DNA of 64,000 nt, from the NCBI GenBank assembly GCA_964016885.1, contig OZ024741.1, forward strand, positions 46,996,001 to 47,060,000. Direction: 5' to 3'. Each line of letters opens with the position of its first letter. The first letter of the stretch is position 1. The position numbers and the translations under genes were made by a program. The notes under the pieces were generated by a model, which was given only the letters and a program-made list of their open reading frames with translations, was not told the origin of the DNA and searched no databases. Positions 28,101 to 40,980 of this stretch are shown piece after piece. This DNA is from Eledone cirrhosa (Eukaryota).

Positions 28101-28364
28101 GTATATATATATATAAATGAATGTATATTTGTTTGTTTGTATGTTTGTCCTTTATCTACGTTCATCTGAAACAGACGAGCAACGTGAAGCAAGGTTGGAA
28201 ATGAATCGACTACGCAATGCTGTCACCAGAAGAATACTGCACGGTGATTTAAATCTTGGTGCATTTCATTACGATTCAAATTATGATTACAGTCTTCATC
28301 CAAGTGTGATTATTGGAAAAATGGATAAATTATGCGGGTATTGTGGTGCCCTCAAATTTATATA

Positions 28365-28625
28365 GGCACGTGGCTGAGTGGTTAGAGAGTTGTATTCACA
28401 ATCATGAGGTTGTCAGTTCGATTCCCAGACCGGGCGATGTGTTGTGTCCTTGGGCAAGACACTTTATTTTTTCACGTTGCTCCAGTCCACACTGTAATGT
28501 GGTTGGTGTTAGGAAGGGCATCCAGCCGTAGAAAGCCTGCCAGAAACAGTTCCCAAGTGGGACAAAACCCGTCTGACCCATGCTACCATGGAAAAATGAC
28601 GTTAAATGATGATGATGATGATGAT
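28365..28625 (+). mobile_element. tRNA-head SINE with RTE-type 3' tail
   Basis: A box TGGCTGAGTGG, B box GTTCGATTCC; tail GGTTGGTGTTAGGAAGGGCATCCAG...(GAT)n shared with the RTE 3' ends at 35.4 and 60.0 kb. Confidence 0.85.
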
Positions 28626-28709
28626 AAATGAATGTATGTTTGTTTGTCCTTTATCTATAGTTTTAAAAAATATATATATTTCAGAAATCAACCCATTTTC
28701 TATTCAATT

Positions 28710-31700
28710 ATGCCTCCCAAACGACGAGCGATTGGTCAATCTACACCTCAAGCAAGGAAAAAAATGCATTACGAGCTTCAGAAACAGACGAGCAACGGAA
28801 AGCAAGATTGGAAACGAATCGACTACGCAATGCTGAAGCCCATTCATCTGAAACAGACAAGCAACTGGAAGCAAGATTGGAAACCGTTCGAGTAAGAACT
28901 GCTCGAGCCCGTTCATCTGAAACAGACAAGCAACGGGAAGCAAGATTGGAAACCGTTCGAGTAAGAACTGCTCAAGCCCGTTCATCTGAAACAGACGAGC
29001 AACGGGAAGCAAGATGGCAAACCGTTCGAGTAAGAACTGCTCAAGCCTGTTCATCTGAAACAGACGAGCAACGGGAAGCAAGAGTGGAAACGAATCGACT
29101 ACGCAATGCTCTCACCAGAAGAATACTGCACGCTGATTTAAATCTTGGTGCATTTCATTACGATTCAAATTGTGATTACAGTCTTCATCCAAGTGTGATT
29201 ATTGGAAAAATGGATAAATTATGCGGGTATTGTGATGCCCTCAAATTTAAAAATGAAACACCAGGAATGTGCTGCTCGGGTGGAAAAGTGAAATTGCCAG
29301 AATTACATCCACCACCTGAACCATTATCAACGTTAGTATCAGGTGACACAAGCGAATCTAAACATTTCTTGGCAAACATACGCAAGTACAATTCATGTTT
29401 CCAAATGACATCGTTTGGTGCAACAAATATCGTGCGCGAGAATTACATGCCAACATTCAAAGTGCAAGGGCAAATTTATCATCGTGCTGAATCACTACTA
29501 CCACTGCCGGACGCAGATCACAAATTTCTTCAAATTTATTTCATGGGAAACACTGATGACCAAATAGATCAACGTTGCAAATTCAATAGGGGAACTAAAC
29601 GAGAAATTGTTACTGCATTACACACTTTATTCAATCAACACAACAAATTAATTCGATTGTTCAGAGCTGCCCTTGAACAAATGCCAAGTGATGACTACAC
29701 AATTGTAGTTAGAGCAGACAAAACACCTGTTGGCCAACATCAAAGACAGTACAATGCACCAACAATTGATGAAGTGGCGATCGTTATTGTAGGTGAAGAA
29801 TTTAACTCTCGCGATATAATTCTTCACCGCAGAAATGGTGATGTTCAGCGAGTCTCAGAAACGCATCGGTCATACAATGGTTTGCAATATCCAATTTTAT
29901 TTTGGCAAGGAGAAGATGGATATCATTTCAACATCAAACTGAGAAATCCTAAACAGATGAGGAAACGAATAAGAAAGTCAGTGTCATGAATTATTATTCA
30001 TATAGATTAATGATTCGTGAAAACGGTGAAAATCATATTTTGAAATGTCGACAATTGTTCCATCAATACATTGTCGATATGTATGCAAAAATCGAAACTG
30101 AACGACTCCTCTACATTCGATTGAATCAAACCAAGCTACGTTCAGAAGAGTACATTCATTTACGTGATGCCATTGTTAATGATGGCAATATGAATCCTAA
30201 TGAATTGGGGAAAATGGTCATACTGCCGGCTACATTTACAGGGAGCCCACGGCACATGCATGAATACGCACAAGATGCAATGACATATGTTCGCGCATAT
30301 GGCCGTCCAGATTTTTTTATTACATTCACATGCAATCCTACGTGGGATGAAATTAAAGAACTTTTGTTACCTGGTCAATTGTCTTCGGATCGTCATGATA
30401 TTACAGCGCGTGTGTTCAAACAAAAATTGAAATCTTCAACGGATTTAATTGTCAAGCATCATGTTTTTGGAGAGACACGCTGTTGGATGTTTTCCATTGA
30501 ATGGCAAAAAAGAGGATTGCCACATGCCCACATTTTGATTTGGTTAATTGAAAAAGTCACACCAGATCAAATTGATCAAATCATCTCAGCAGAAATACCA
30601 GATGTCGACGTTGATCCAGACTTATTTGAAGTCGTCACTAAAACATGATTCATGGTCCATGTGGCTTACTCAACAACAATTCACCATGCATGTCTGATGG
30701 GAAATGCACGAAACAATACTCAAGAGACTTAGTTGCCGAGACTATCACTGGCAATGACGGATATCCACTCTATCGTCGACGAGCAACTGAAGATGGCGGC
30801 AAATCCATCACTTTAAAAGTACAAAACAATTATGTTGAAGTCGATAATCGTTGGGTTGTACCATATTCACCGTTACTCTCAAAGACGTTCAAAGCACACA
30901 TCAATGTCGAGTATTGCAATTCGGTGAAAGCGATCAAGTACATTTGCAAATATATCAACAAAGGAAGCGATGTGGCAGTTTTTGGAGTGTGCAATGCAAA
31001 TGCATCTATCGATGAAATCGACCAATACCAACTGGGACGCTACATTAGTAGTAATGAAGCAGTATGGCGCATTTTATCATTTCCAATCCATTATCGACAT
31101 CCAACAGTTGTTCATTTGGCAGTGCACCTTGAAAATGGACAGCGCGTATACTTCACAACTGAAAATATACGTGCAAGGGCCATTGACACCACCGCCAACA
31201 ACGTTAACTGCGTTTTTCTCATTGTGCAGTGAAGATGTGTTTGCAAAGACACTACTTTATTATGAAGTGCTAACATATTACACATGGAATACATCAACGA
31301 AAAAGTTTAAACGTCGCAAACGGGGTAAAGTAGTTGAAGGACATCCCAATTTATATTCGACCGACGCGTTAGGCCGTTTGTACACTGTTCACCCAAATAA
31401 TGCAGAATGCTTTTACTTGCGATTATTGTTAATCAACGTACGTGGACCGACATCATTCCAAGAATTGAGAACAGTAAACGGTCAAGTATGTGCCACTTAT
31501 CGTGAAGCTTGCCAAAAATTAAATCTTCTTGAAAATGATGGACATTGAGACACTTCACTCGCTGATGCATCGAATACTGCTCGACCACAGCAAATACGCA
31601 CGTTATTCGCAATAACATTGACAACGTGCTTCCCATCAAATCCAAAAGATCTTTGGGAAAAATACAAAGACTACATGAGTGAAGACATCCTACATCGTTT

Positions 31701-33297
31701 GCGTGCAACAAATCAAAATCTGAATATTCAATTCACACCAATCGTGTATAATGAAGCATTGGTTTTGATTGAGGTCATATGTTTAGCAATCGCTAACAAA
31801 ATACTGGTACAATTGGGAATGCCTGCACCGAATCGATCTGTAAACGACATTTTCGATCGTGATTTGCAACGAGAAACAAACTTTGATGTCGCTGAATTGG
31901 GTACATTTGTTCAAACGAATCTTCTGAAATTGGTACCAGAACAACGCATAGTATATGACAAAATTATGCAGGCAATTACAAATCAAAGCGGCGGATTGTA
32001 TTTTATAGATGCGCCCGGTGGTACAGGCAAAACTTTTCTCATTTCACTTATTTTGGCAACTATACGATCACAAAATAATATTGCACTGGCAATCGCATCA
32101 TCTGGAATTGCGGTAACTCTTTTGGATGGTTGCCGAACTGCACATTCAGCACTGAAATTGCCATTGAATATGCAGATCACTGAGACACCAACATGCAATA
32201 TCACCAAAAATTCTGGTATAGGTAAAGTACTCCAATCATGTCAAATCATTATATGGGACGAATGTACTATGGCGCACAAAAAATCATTGGAAGCACTTAA
32301 TAACACACTAAAAGATTTGAAAGGAAATGAACAGCTCTTCGGTGGCACACTCATTTTATTGTCTGGTGATTTTCGACAAACTCTACCAGTTATAACGCGA
32401 TCAACACCCGCTGATGAGCTTAATGCATGTCTCAAATCATCAGTTTTATGGCGACACGTACAGAAATTAACTTTAAAAACCAATATGCGTGTACAACTAC
32501 AAAATGATGCATCCGCTGAACGTTTCACAAAACAATTGCTGGATATTGGGAATGGGAAAATGGTAATCGATGAATCCACAAAATGTATGACATTGCCAAC
32601 AAACTTCTGTAGAATCACGGCAACCAGAGACGAACTGATTCACAAAGTTTTCCCAAATATCGCGCAGCATTACAAAAATCATCAGTGGCTCAATGCACGT
32701 GCTATATTAGCAGCCAAAAACAACGATGTCAATGCCATTAATTTCAGCATTCAAAACAAAATACCAGGCGAAGCGACAACGTATAAGTCCATCGATACTG
32801 CAATGAATCAAGACGAAATTATCAATTATCCAACTGAATTCTTGAATTCACTTGATTTGCCAGGCATGCCACCGCACATTTTAACATTGAAAATTGGCGT
32901 GCCTATCATCCTTCTTCGAAACATCAATCCACCACAACTTTGCAACGGTACCAGGCTTTCAGTGAAAAAGATGATGAACAATATCATCGAAGCTACAATT
33001 TTAAATGGAAAATTAAAAGGAGAAGATGTACTGTTGCCACGCATCCCAATGATTCCGACAGATACGCCATTCGAATTCAAACGTTTGCAGTTTCCGGTGC
33101 GACTTGCCTTTGCAATGACTATCAACAAAGCACAAGGACAATTGCTACAAGTGTGTGGACTAAATTTAGAAAATCCATGCTTCTCACATGGACAGCTGTA
33201 TGTGGCTTGCTCACGCGTCGGTAAACCTTCTGATTTATTCGTGTACGCACCAGAAAGAAAAACAAAAAACATTGTGTATCCAAAAGCACTTCAGTAA
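28710..33297 (+). pseudogene. Helitron Rep/PIF1-type helicase, frameshifted
   Basis: CC-x2-GKV Zn region, FITFTCNP, EWQKRGLPHAHIL (HUH), KYICKY, DAPGGTGKT, IIWDE, GDFRQ, FAMTINKAQG, HGQLYVACSR. Confidence 0.92.
28840..29095 (+). repeat. 60-bp coding tandem repeat in the RepHel N-terminus
   Basis: About four units encoding SSETDEQREARLETVRVRTA-like peptides. Confidence 0.88.
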
Positions 33298-33960
33298 AAT
33301 AAATTAAATGTTCTTATAACGAGTTTTCTTTAAATTCATCAGTCATTCAGTCATTTAAAGATAAATGTTAAGATCTAAAAAATAGAAACTAAATTAGAGA
33401 AGTTTTTAAATAACGATTAAAATTTTAATATTATTGTTTTCTAAATAAGCTTTTTAACACCGAGCGAAGCCGGGTAGCTCCGTTAGTAATCTATATATTA
33501 CATTTCCTGGATTGTGAAAATGGTGGTGTATACGAAAACCATAACATTATTTTGCTTCTCATTTTTAATATTTCTCTGCACACAAGCTTCTTTATCATAC
33601 ATAAAAAATACTTTACCAGTACAACCCCCATAATACTCTTGTTTACCCGCTTAAAGTGCTTGTATTGCATATAACACCTTGCCGCACATTAATCTTATAT
33701 AAATAAGACACACGTGTAACTATTTCATACACTAACTACTTCAAACTATCCTCTTGCATTATCTTCGTAAACTGCCGATGTTGTATTTTAACTTTAATTT
33801 TGTTTTAATTTTCTTTTAATATGATTTTAATTTTTGAATGTAAATTGCCATGCTAAAGTATTATAATGGATGTCACCTCACTGTGCATCGATATATACAT
33901 ATGTTTCTGGATGTCTCTTGTGTTGGAAAGGAGGTCATGTATGTAAACAATCATTGAAAA

Positions 33961-34012
33961 ATTGCTCCGAAGACTCCAAACCTCGGTTTGGACGAAACAA
34001 TTGTAAGCTAAT
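33961..34012 (+). ncRNA. Type I hammerhead-like motif, CCGAAGA core
   Basis: AUUGCU-CCGAAGA-C UCCAAAC CUCG GUUUGGA C-GAAA-CAAUUG-UA/AGCUAAU; in an orphan PLE-like terminal fragment. Confidence 0.75.
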
Positions 34013-34183
34013 AAATGGTTTGAACAGAACTTTGATTCATCTGATTTCTATATAGAGTATATATAAGAATTAAAATACTAGAGTTAAACACCCTTATTAT
34101 ATTATACTGTAAACAATATATATATATATATTTAAATACTTAATAAGTGTTAGTTTGTATTTGTACTAATGTGTATATGTATT

Positions 34184-34223
<40 letters not shown>

Positions 34224-34512
34224 TTAAGCTTTTTAATATCACCATCTATTATATTATATTATATTCTATATCGTACTGTAATTCTCGCATTATATTACCA
34301 TTTGTGTTTCAAATTTTTGCATTATATAATATTTGCAATGTGGGTTCAACATGTTAATCACTTCCTTGCTATTTGGTCCATATCTATGTTTGTAACTGCT
34401 CACTCTTAATCTTAGCCAACTTTTCCTTAATATCTTTCCTAAGCTTTAATAGATGTATACTCCATATTCTTCTGAGTTTTTGGCTTGTATTGGCCGATAG
34501 TGCTTCTTGTAG

Positions 34513-34566
34513 CTTTACTTGCCCTGATGAGTCCTTAATAGGACGAAACGTTTTTGGCTAATAAAG
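34513..34566 (+). ncRNA. Canonical minimal type I hammerhead ribozyme
   Basis: CUUUACUUGCC-CUGAUGA-GUCC UUAAUA GGAC-GAAA-CGUUU-UU/GGCUAAUAAAG; palindrome AAACGUUU. Confidence 0.88.
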
Positions 34567-34681
34567 ACTTTTGATGTATTGAAGGCTTCTTTGGTTTATT
34601 TTTTTATAATTTTATAATACATGTATATATAGATAGATGTGTATATATATATATATATATATACACATGTATATATATATA

Positions 34682-35518
34682 TAAGTACAATAACTAGGGT
34701 AAGAACGGGATGGAAGAAGTTTAGGGAACTACTACCACTGCTAGCTGTAAAAGGCTTCTCCCTCAAAATGAAAGGCAGACTGTATGATGCGTGTATCCGA
34801 ACAGCGATGTTGCATGGTAGTGAGACCTGGGCGCTGAAGGTGGAAGACTTACGTAGATTAGAGAGAAACGAAGCCTGCATGCTCCGATGGATGTGTAATA
34901 GTAATATACGCGAACGACAAAGCATAAATGAATTGAGAGAGAGACTGAGCATAAGAGGAATCAAATGCTGCGTGCAGGAGAGGCGGTTACGCTGGTATGG
35001 ACATGTGATGCGTATGAAGGATGACAGCTGCATAAAAAGGTGCAAAGCACTAGAAGTCGATGGAAACCGCGGAATGGGGAGACCCAAGATGACCTGGGAT
35101 GAGGTGATAAAAGCCGACCTTACCCAATTACACCTCTCAAAGGCAATGACACACGACCGTGACCTCTGGCGTCACGCAGTAATACAGAGTACCCGACCTC
35201 CCATGGGTGCAAGCTGAAGCATATAGACAATATGCCCCCACACCCCCCACCGCAAGGTGGTCGTGGAGGTACCATGACAAAAAAGCACCCAGCCTACACT
35301 GTAAAGTGGACGTGTAGGCGCCACGAAAAAGCACCCAGCACTCACTGTAAATGAGGTTGGTGTTAGGAAGGGCACCCAGCTGTAGAAATCAATCCAAATC
35401 AGTTCCTGTATGAGTAAGGCATGGTCAGCCGACCAGACACTGCCCACAACAGGACAACCCATCTAACCCATGCTAGCATGGAAGAACGGACGTAAAACGG
35501 TGATGATGATGAAGATGA
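34682..35518 (+). mobile_element. RTE-clade LINE, 3' fragment
   Basis: GWKKFREL, MLHGSETW, RLRWYGHVMR, GRPKMTW; 3' UTR ending (GAT)n. Confidence 0.9.
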
Positions 35519-35843
35519 TATATATATACATACGTGTGTATATATATTTTCTTTTCCTTTTACCAATATATTATAACTCGTGTGTTACACCTCTATTCTT
35601 GTAAATATCATGTCCTCACACGAGATACAGAAAATGCCAACAAAAACAGATACAACTCTTATCAACACAAAAGAAAATTAACAACAACCTATCTGTGCTG
35701 GTCGACAAACTTGACTCCACAAATGAGGAAACCGTCACCGGATACAAACCCTCCGAAATCGGCGATAAACTTCAAAACCTTTGCGATAATTAAACTATTT
35801 TTAACTGGGAACAATTTGTCAGCATTTTCTTTTCCTTTTACCA

Positions 35844-35874
<31 letters not shown>

Positions 35875-35877
35875 CAT

Positions 35878-35911
<34 letters not shown>

Positions 35912-35914
35912 ATG

Positions 35915-36232
35915 CGTGTGTTTAATGGTAGCTATGGTGCTTCCATAGGCGGTATGCCATTTGAGCACTGTATATTCTTACAGAGCAGAGTGTGATATAA
36001 TATAAAAAAACGAAAAATCACATGAATTCATGTACCTTCTCCTTTCTCTCCCCCCTTTTTTTTATATATCTCTATGTGAAGTTATATGCATATTTTAATG
36101 TATTTTGATATATCGTAAATTTATTTTATTGTTTTTATGTGTGTAGATGCGTAGACCTGTGCGTATGTATATGTGTGTGTGTGTGTGTATGTAAATATAT
36201 GTGTGTGTGTATGTGTGTGCGTATGTATATGT
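35915..36232 (+). mobile_element. Short PLE insertion with inversion, related to the 41-kb element
   Basis: 35915-36015 is the reverse complement of ~40835-40933; 36017-36230 matches ~44130-44300. Confidence 0.72.
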
Positions 36233-36272
36233 GATTCATCATCATCATCGTTTAATGTCCATATTCCACGCT

Positions 36273-36326
<54 letters not shown>

Positions 36327-36331
<5 letters not shown>

Positions 36332-37915
36332 CACTTCGAAAAGCCGGACACCTAGATAATATAGAGTATATAGTCGAAGATCACCAAAACACCCAAAATA
36401 AATCCCATAGGAGTAGAAATAGCACAGAATCACCACCATACATACACTACCGCAATAGACACAATAATAGTCGCACACCACCAAACAGAAGGCGATGTAA
36501 AGAGTATATTTGGTACAACCCGGTCTATAACAACTCTATTAAAACCAATCTACCCTCACAATTCTTTCGATTAGTTAAAAAACACTTTCCAACATCACAT
36601 AAATATAATAAAATCTTAAACCCTAACACTATTCGACTTTCATATTCAACCGCCCCTAATATTGAACAACATATAAAAAAGCTTAACGCAAAACGGTTGT
36701 ATAAACGCCTAACAACACATAACAATACACGTAAAACATCGGCTATAACATCACAAAACAACAAACAACATCCTGTCATACCTAAGCAACCTCATCAACC
36801 CATCCATGACAATACAACAACGCAAAATTATAATTGCAACTGTGTCCATCCAGCAATGTGTCCGTTGAACAATCAGTGTCTTGAACGCAACATCGTATAC
36901 AAATGTACTATCGAATCGGATAGACAGAAGTGGTACTATGTGGGATCTACAGCCACCTCCTTCAAATCACGCCTTTATAGACATCGTTACTCGATAAAAC
37001 ATGAAAACCAGCGTTATGTAACAACACTCGCAGACAAGGCTTGGCAGCTGCGTGAAAATAACCAACAATTTCACCTTAAATGGGATATAATAACGGCTGC
37101 CCCCCATATTCCCACGGACAGGAATTTTGTAAATTATGTAATGTAGAATTATTTTGTATTATGAAATCCAAAAACATTTTATTAAATAACAGAATAGAGC
37201 GATCGTTATACTGTAACCATCGCTTAAAATCTACATTTTCATATTATAAATACCACCAGGATTGAACGCCCGTCTCTATCTCCGTTTGGTTGTCAAAATA
37301 GATATTAACATTCTCTATTAGTCTTAATTCTATCAACTCTTCTATTATTTACCATTTAATATAAACTGCTATAGATAAAATGAGATTTCTGATTTCTTAA
37401 TTCAATTCCCTAATGCACATACCAGCTGGCTACTAGCATTGATGTTATTCAGTAGCAATCGAAATCTCCCCCTTCCCCAATTGACACTTTATAATTAATA
37501 CTACTACACCAAATGACCAGCCCTGTCCACTGTCCAATTGGTCAAGTAGAGATTAAAATTGGCACTCCCAAAAATTCTTATTTAGATAAAATGAACCATT
37601 TACTCATGGTATTCTCATTAGAAACCCTTTATATACTTGTTTAGCAGTAAATTGAATTACCATCTGTCCTATACTATCCCCTCTCTTCTTCCTCTATTAC
37701 TAATATAAATACTTCAATTTTTCTGATTTTATCCAATTTATCCAAAATCTCTGAAGAAGTGACAACTGATTATACATTTGCTATCGAATACTTGCTAACA
37801 TTATATAATTACGCAAGCAGCGATACATAGGTATTCCGTCTGTTACAGAAACATATGTCAATACCTAATAAATTCCTTTTTAAAAAAAGCACTTTCATTT
37901 TATATTCATCTTTTC
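36327..37915 (+). mobile_element. 5'-truncated Naiad-type PLE (GIY-YIG + 3' region)
   Basis: WYNPVYN...KILNPNTIRLSYST; CNCVHPAMCPLNNQC; VYKC...YVGSTATSFKSR; CKLC...CNH. Confidence 0.82.
37745..37865 (+). ncRNA. Degenerate hammerhead, 90-nt stem II
   Basis: CUGAAGA-AGUGACA...UGUUACA-GAAA-CAUAUG-UC; stem I poorly paired. Confidence 0.55.
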
Positions 37916-38091
37916 TATATATATATATATATATATAGATGTGTATGTGCATGTGTGTATGTGTGTGTATATATATGTACATGTTACGGGAATGTGTATG
38001 GGTGGATTGTATATTTATTTTACTGTTTTTATAGGTGTATATGTGTAAGCATATGTGTGTATGTACATATACATATGTGCAAATGATGATG

Positions 38092-38203
<112 letters not shown>

Positions 38204-38249
38204 ATGTATATATATGTATGTGTATATATGTGTGTATATGTATGTATAA

Positions 38250-38301
<52 letters not shown>

Positions 38302-38560
38302 ACACATATATATATATATATGGTACGTGAATGTGTATGGATGCATGTATATGATTATAATGTTTATATCCGTGCATGTGTAATACAAGTTACTTCTTTT
38401 AAGGTACAACATTAAATGCATATTTAGTATATTGTAGGTTTGTTTTATAGATGTGTATGTATGTGTGTATGTACAGTTATATGTGGGTGTGTATGTGTGT
38501 ATGTATGTGTGTATGTATGTGTGTATATATATATACATACATACACACATACATACACAC

Positions 38561-38974
38561 TCACCGGGAGAGATGACCCCTTAGCCTTTGTCAAGGCAGA
38601 ATTCTAGGAGAAGGAAAACTCTGATATAACACCTGCAACCCTGATGGTATCCAATGATGTTGACTTGTTCTTCTTTTTGGTAAATATCATCTTGGTTAAG
38701 AGAGTGGGACTGGCTTTGTGCAGTGCCTTTGCTCACTATAAAAGCTTCACGGCACAGGCATTGCTTTATATCTGGAGATCTCTCTGCACTTGTCGTCACA
38801 TGGTAGCATGGGCCCAGCACTATGTGTCAATAATTGTCACAAGTGCAGTGTTTGTACCAGAGTTTTCAAGTCGCTGGCTGGACTAAAAAGTCACACTTGT
38901 TCAGCGCATCAGTAGGGGTTCTCCTACATGGATATGAAGTAGTGGCCGTACTCGAAAACGAGTTGGCAGCCACC
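38561..38974 (+). mobile_element. Second, 5'-truncated copy of the RTE-derived non-autonomous element
   Basis: Near-identical reverse complement of 13158-13571. Confidence 0.8.
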
Positions 38975-39661
38975 ATATATATATATAATAATTCTATTGA
39001 CAGATTAATTGCATAAGTTTATTTTTAAAACTACCTGGTTGAGTGCTTATTCGATTTGTGCTATCTATGCAATTTTTTGTATGATATACACCTACTGAAT
39101 TCATTTGCCAAAGTCTGGGGAATTTCCCCTTGTGACTTACGCATCTGCTTTTACAAAGTTCTGCGTCACTCGCAAAGTTGGTTACAGAGCAAAATTACCT
39201 GTTGATAATGTGATATTCCTTGTTCGATATTTATGCTGAAAGCTTATAGTTTTAAGCCGACAGTATTATTGACTTAGGTGTCATAGAAACCCTGCATTTG
39301 GATTTTGCCATCAATTCCATTTGGGTCCAGGTCTGTTTTTATCATTTATTTTGTTTCACCTATTTAGCTTGATTTGTTTTTTGGCTTAGGTGGTTAATGC
39401 CTTCTTAACCACTTTTTCAGTTTGTATGGCGTTTTAACATATTGTTTAGCTCTAGTTTTCTTAACTATTGGAGCGCTTGCCAGCATTTCTACGATTTTGC
39501 GTTTCGTTTCGCTTTTTCTATCAGCTGAAATATGATTCTCGCTGAATTTATATATATATGTGTGTGTGTATATATGTATGTGTATGTATGTTATGGGTAT
39601 ATGTGTGTGTGAACCTAATAAACCTTTATTTGTCTGCCTGTTTTGTTCCCCTATAAATTTG

Positions 39662-39699
<38 letters not shown>

Positions 39700-40710
39700 T
39701 TATTTTTTTATTTTTCTATTTTTCTATTTGCTTACTTATTTATTTATATGTGTGTATGTGTGCTTGCATGTATGTGTATGGACGTGTATGGTTACATGGT
39801 TTATATTTGTGCATGTATAACAGGAGGCATCCTTCCATGGATGACCCTGTATGACCTTTTGTGCAGATTTATATGACTGAGTATATCACATTGGGGTAAG
39901 GACAGAGATATATACATGCGTGTGCGTGTGTCTTCTTTGTGGATGTACGTGGACACGGAGGTAATTGGGCGCGTATTTGTTGGAATGTATATGAGCCAGT
40001 GAGTGTGTGTGTGTGTCTGGAGATGTGTGTGTATGTGCACCTACATAAAGGCAGGGTTTGTTTGTATGTTTATGTGCGTGTACATATACATATGTGTAGA
40101 TATATATACATGTCTGTATGTGTGTATGCGTTTGTGTCTTTGGAAGTGTGTCTGTCCTTGTGCCTATCAATAAGGACAGGCGTGTATGTGTGTGTCTATG
40201 TATATGTCTGTGCGTGTTTGTGTATATGTGCAGATGTACCCGAATGCTGATATGTGTCCTATGTGTGTACGTGTGTGTGTGCGCGTGTGCGTGCATGTGA
40301 GACCGGATGTATGGGGTTATATAGGCAGGCGCCAGTGGACGTGTGTGTTGGTCTGTTGTGGGTGTGTGTGGGTATGTGTAAGAGAGGGAGTGTGTGTGTA
40401 TATGTATATGGGTGTATATGTCTACACGTGTGCATACATATGTGTATGCATATATATGTGTGTGTATGTGTATTTATATGTGTGTGTGTATGTGTGGGTA
40501 CATATTTGTGAGTGTGAGCGGGCTTGTGAGATACCAAACCCAGCATGAGTCCATTGAAGTGTGTCGGACGGGGAGTAACTGATGACCAGTGTGGCAGCAA
40601 ATATTGACCAGAATTTATGATGACGTAGAAAAACAACAGCCAATGGCAAGACAAGAGTGGAAGATGTTTTTTGAAGGTAACACCCCAGTGAGAAAATTTG
40701 CTCCAAAAGC

Positions 40711-40810
40711 ATTGCATGTGTCCGAAGAACTCGCAGTTATAGAATCAGGCAGATCCATACAATGATCGTGTCTCGAGCTATCTGCTGGTGAAACACTTGT
40801 AACACGCAAT
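40711..40810 (+). ncRNA. Type I hammerhead-like motif, CCGAAGA core, 61-nt stem II
   Basis: AUUGCAUGUGU-CCGAAGA-ACUCGCAG...CUGCUGGU-GAAA-CACUUG-UA/ACACGCAAU; 170 bp upstream of a PLE ORF. Confidence 0.75.
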
Positions 40811-40980
40811 AAACAGTCTAGATGCATCACTGATTTTTTGTTTTGTTATATTATATCACACTCTGCTCTGTAAGAACATAGTGCTCAACCGGCATACCGC
40901 CTATGGAAGCAGCATAGCTTCCATTAAACACACATATATACTACGCTCCTCCACAAGTAGAGCGCTTACAGCAATTCGCC

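Larger units (their letters stand above)
27440..33486 (+). mobile_element. Helitron (autonomous-type, disrupted)
   Basis: 5' A|TCTATATATATAAAAATGAATG; 3' CCGAGCGAAGCCGGG hairpin then TTAG|T (degenerate CTAG); encodes RepHel. Confidence 0.87.

Noticed and set aside
28840-29095. Regular 60-bp repeats as a CRISPR-like array
   Set aside because: Contiguous in-frame coding repeats without unique spacers, in a eukaryotic Helitron
38990-39550. Non-microsatellite stretch possibly from a decayed element
   Set aside because: No ORF, terminus or motif that I could identify
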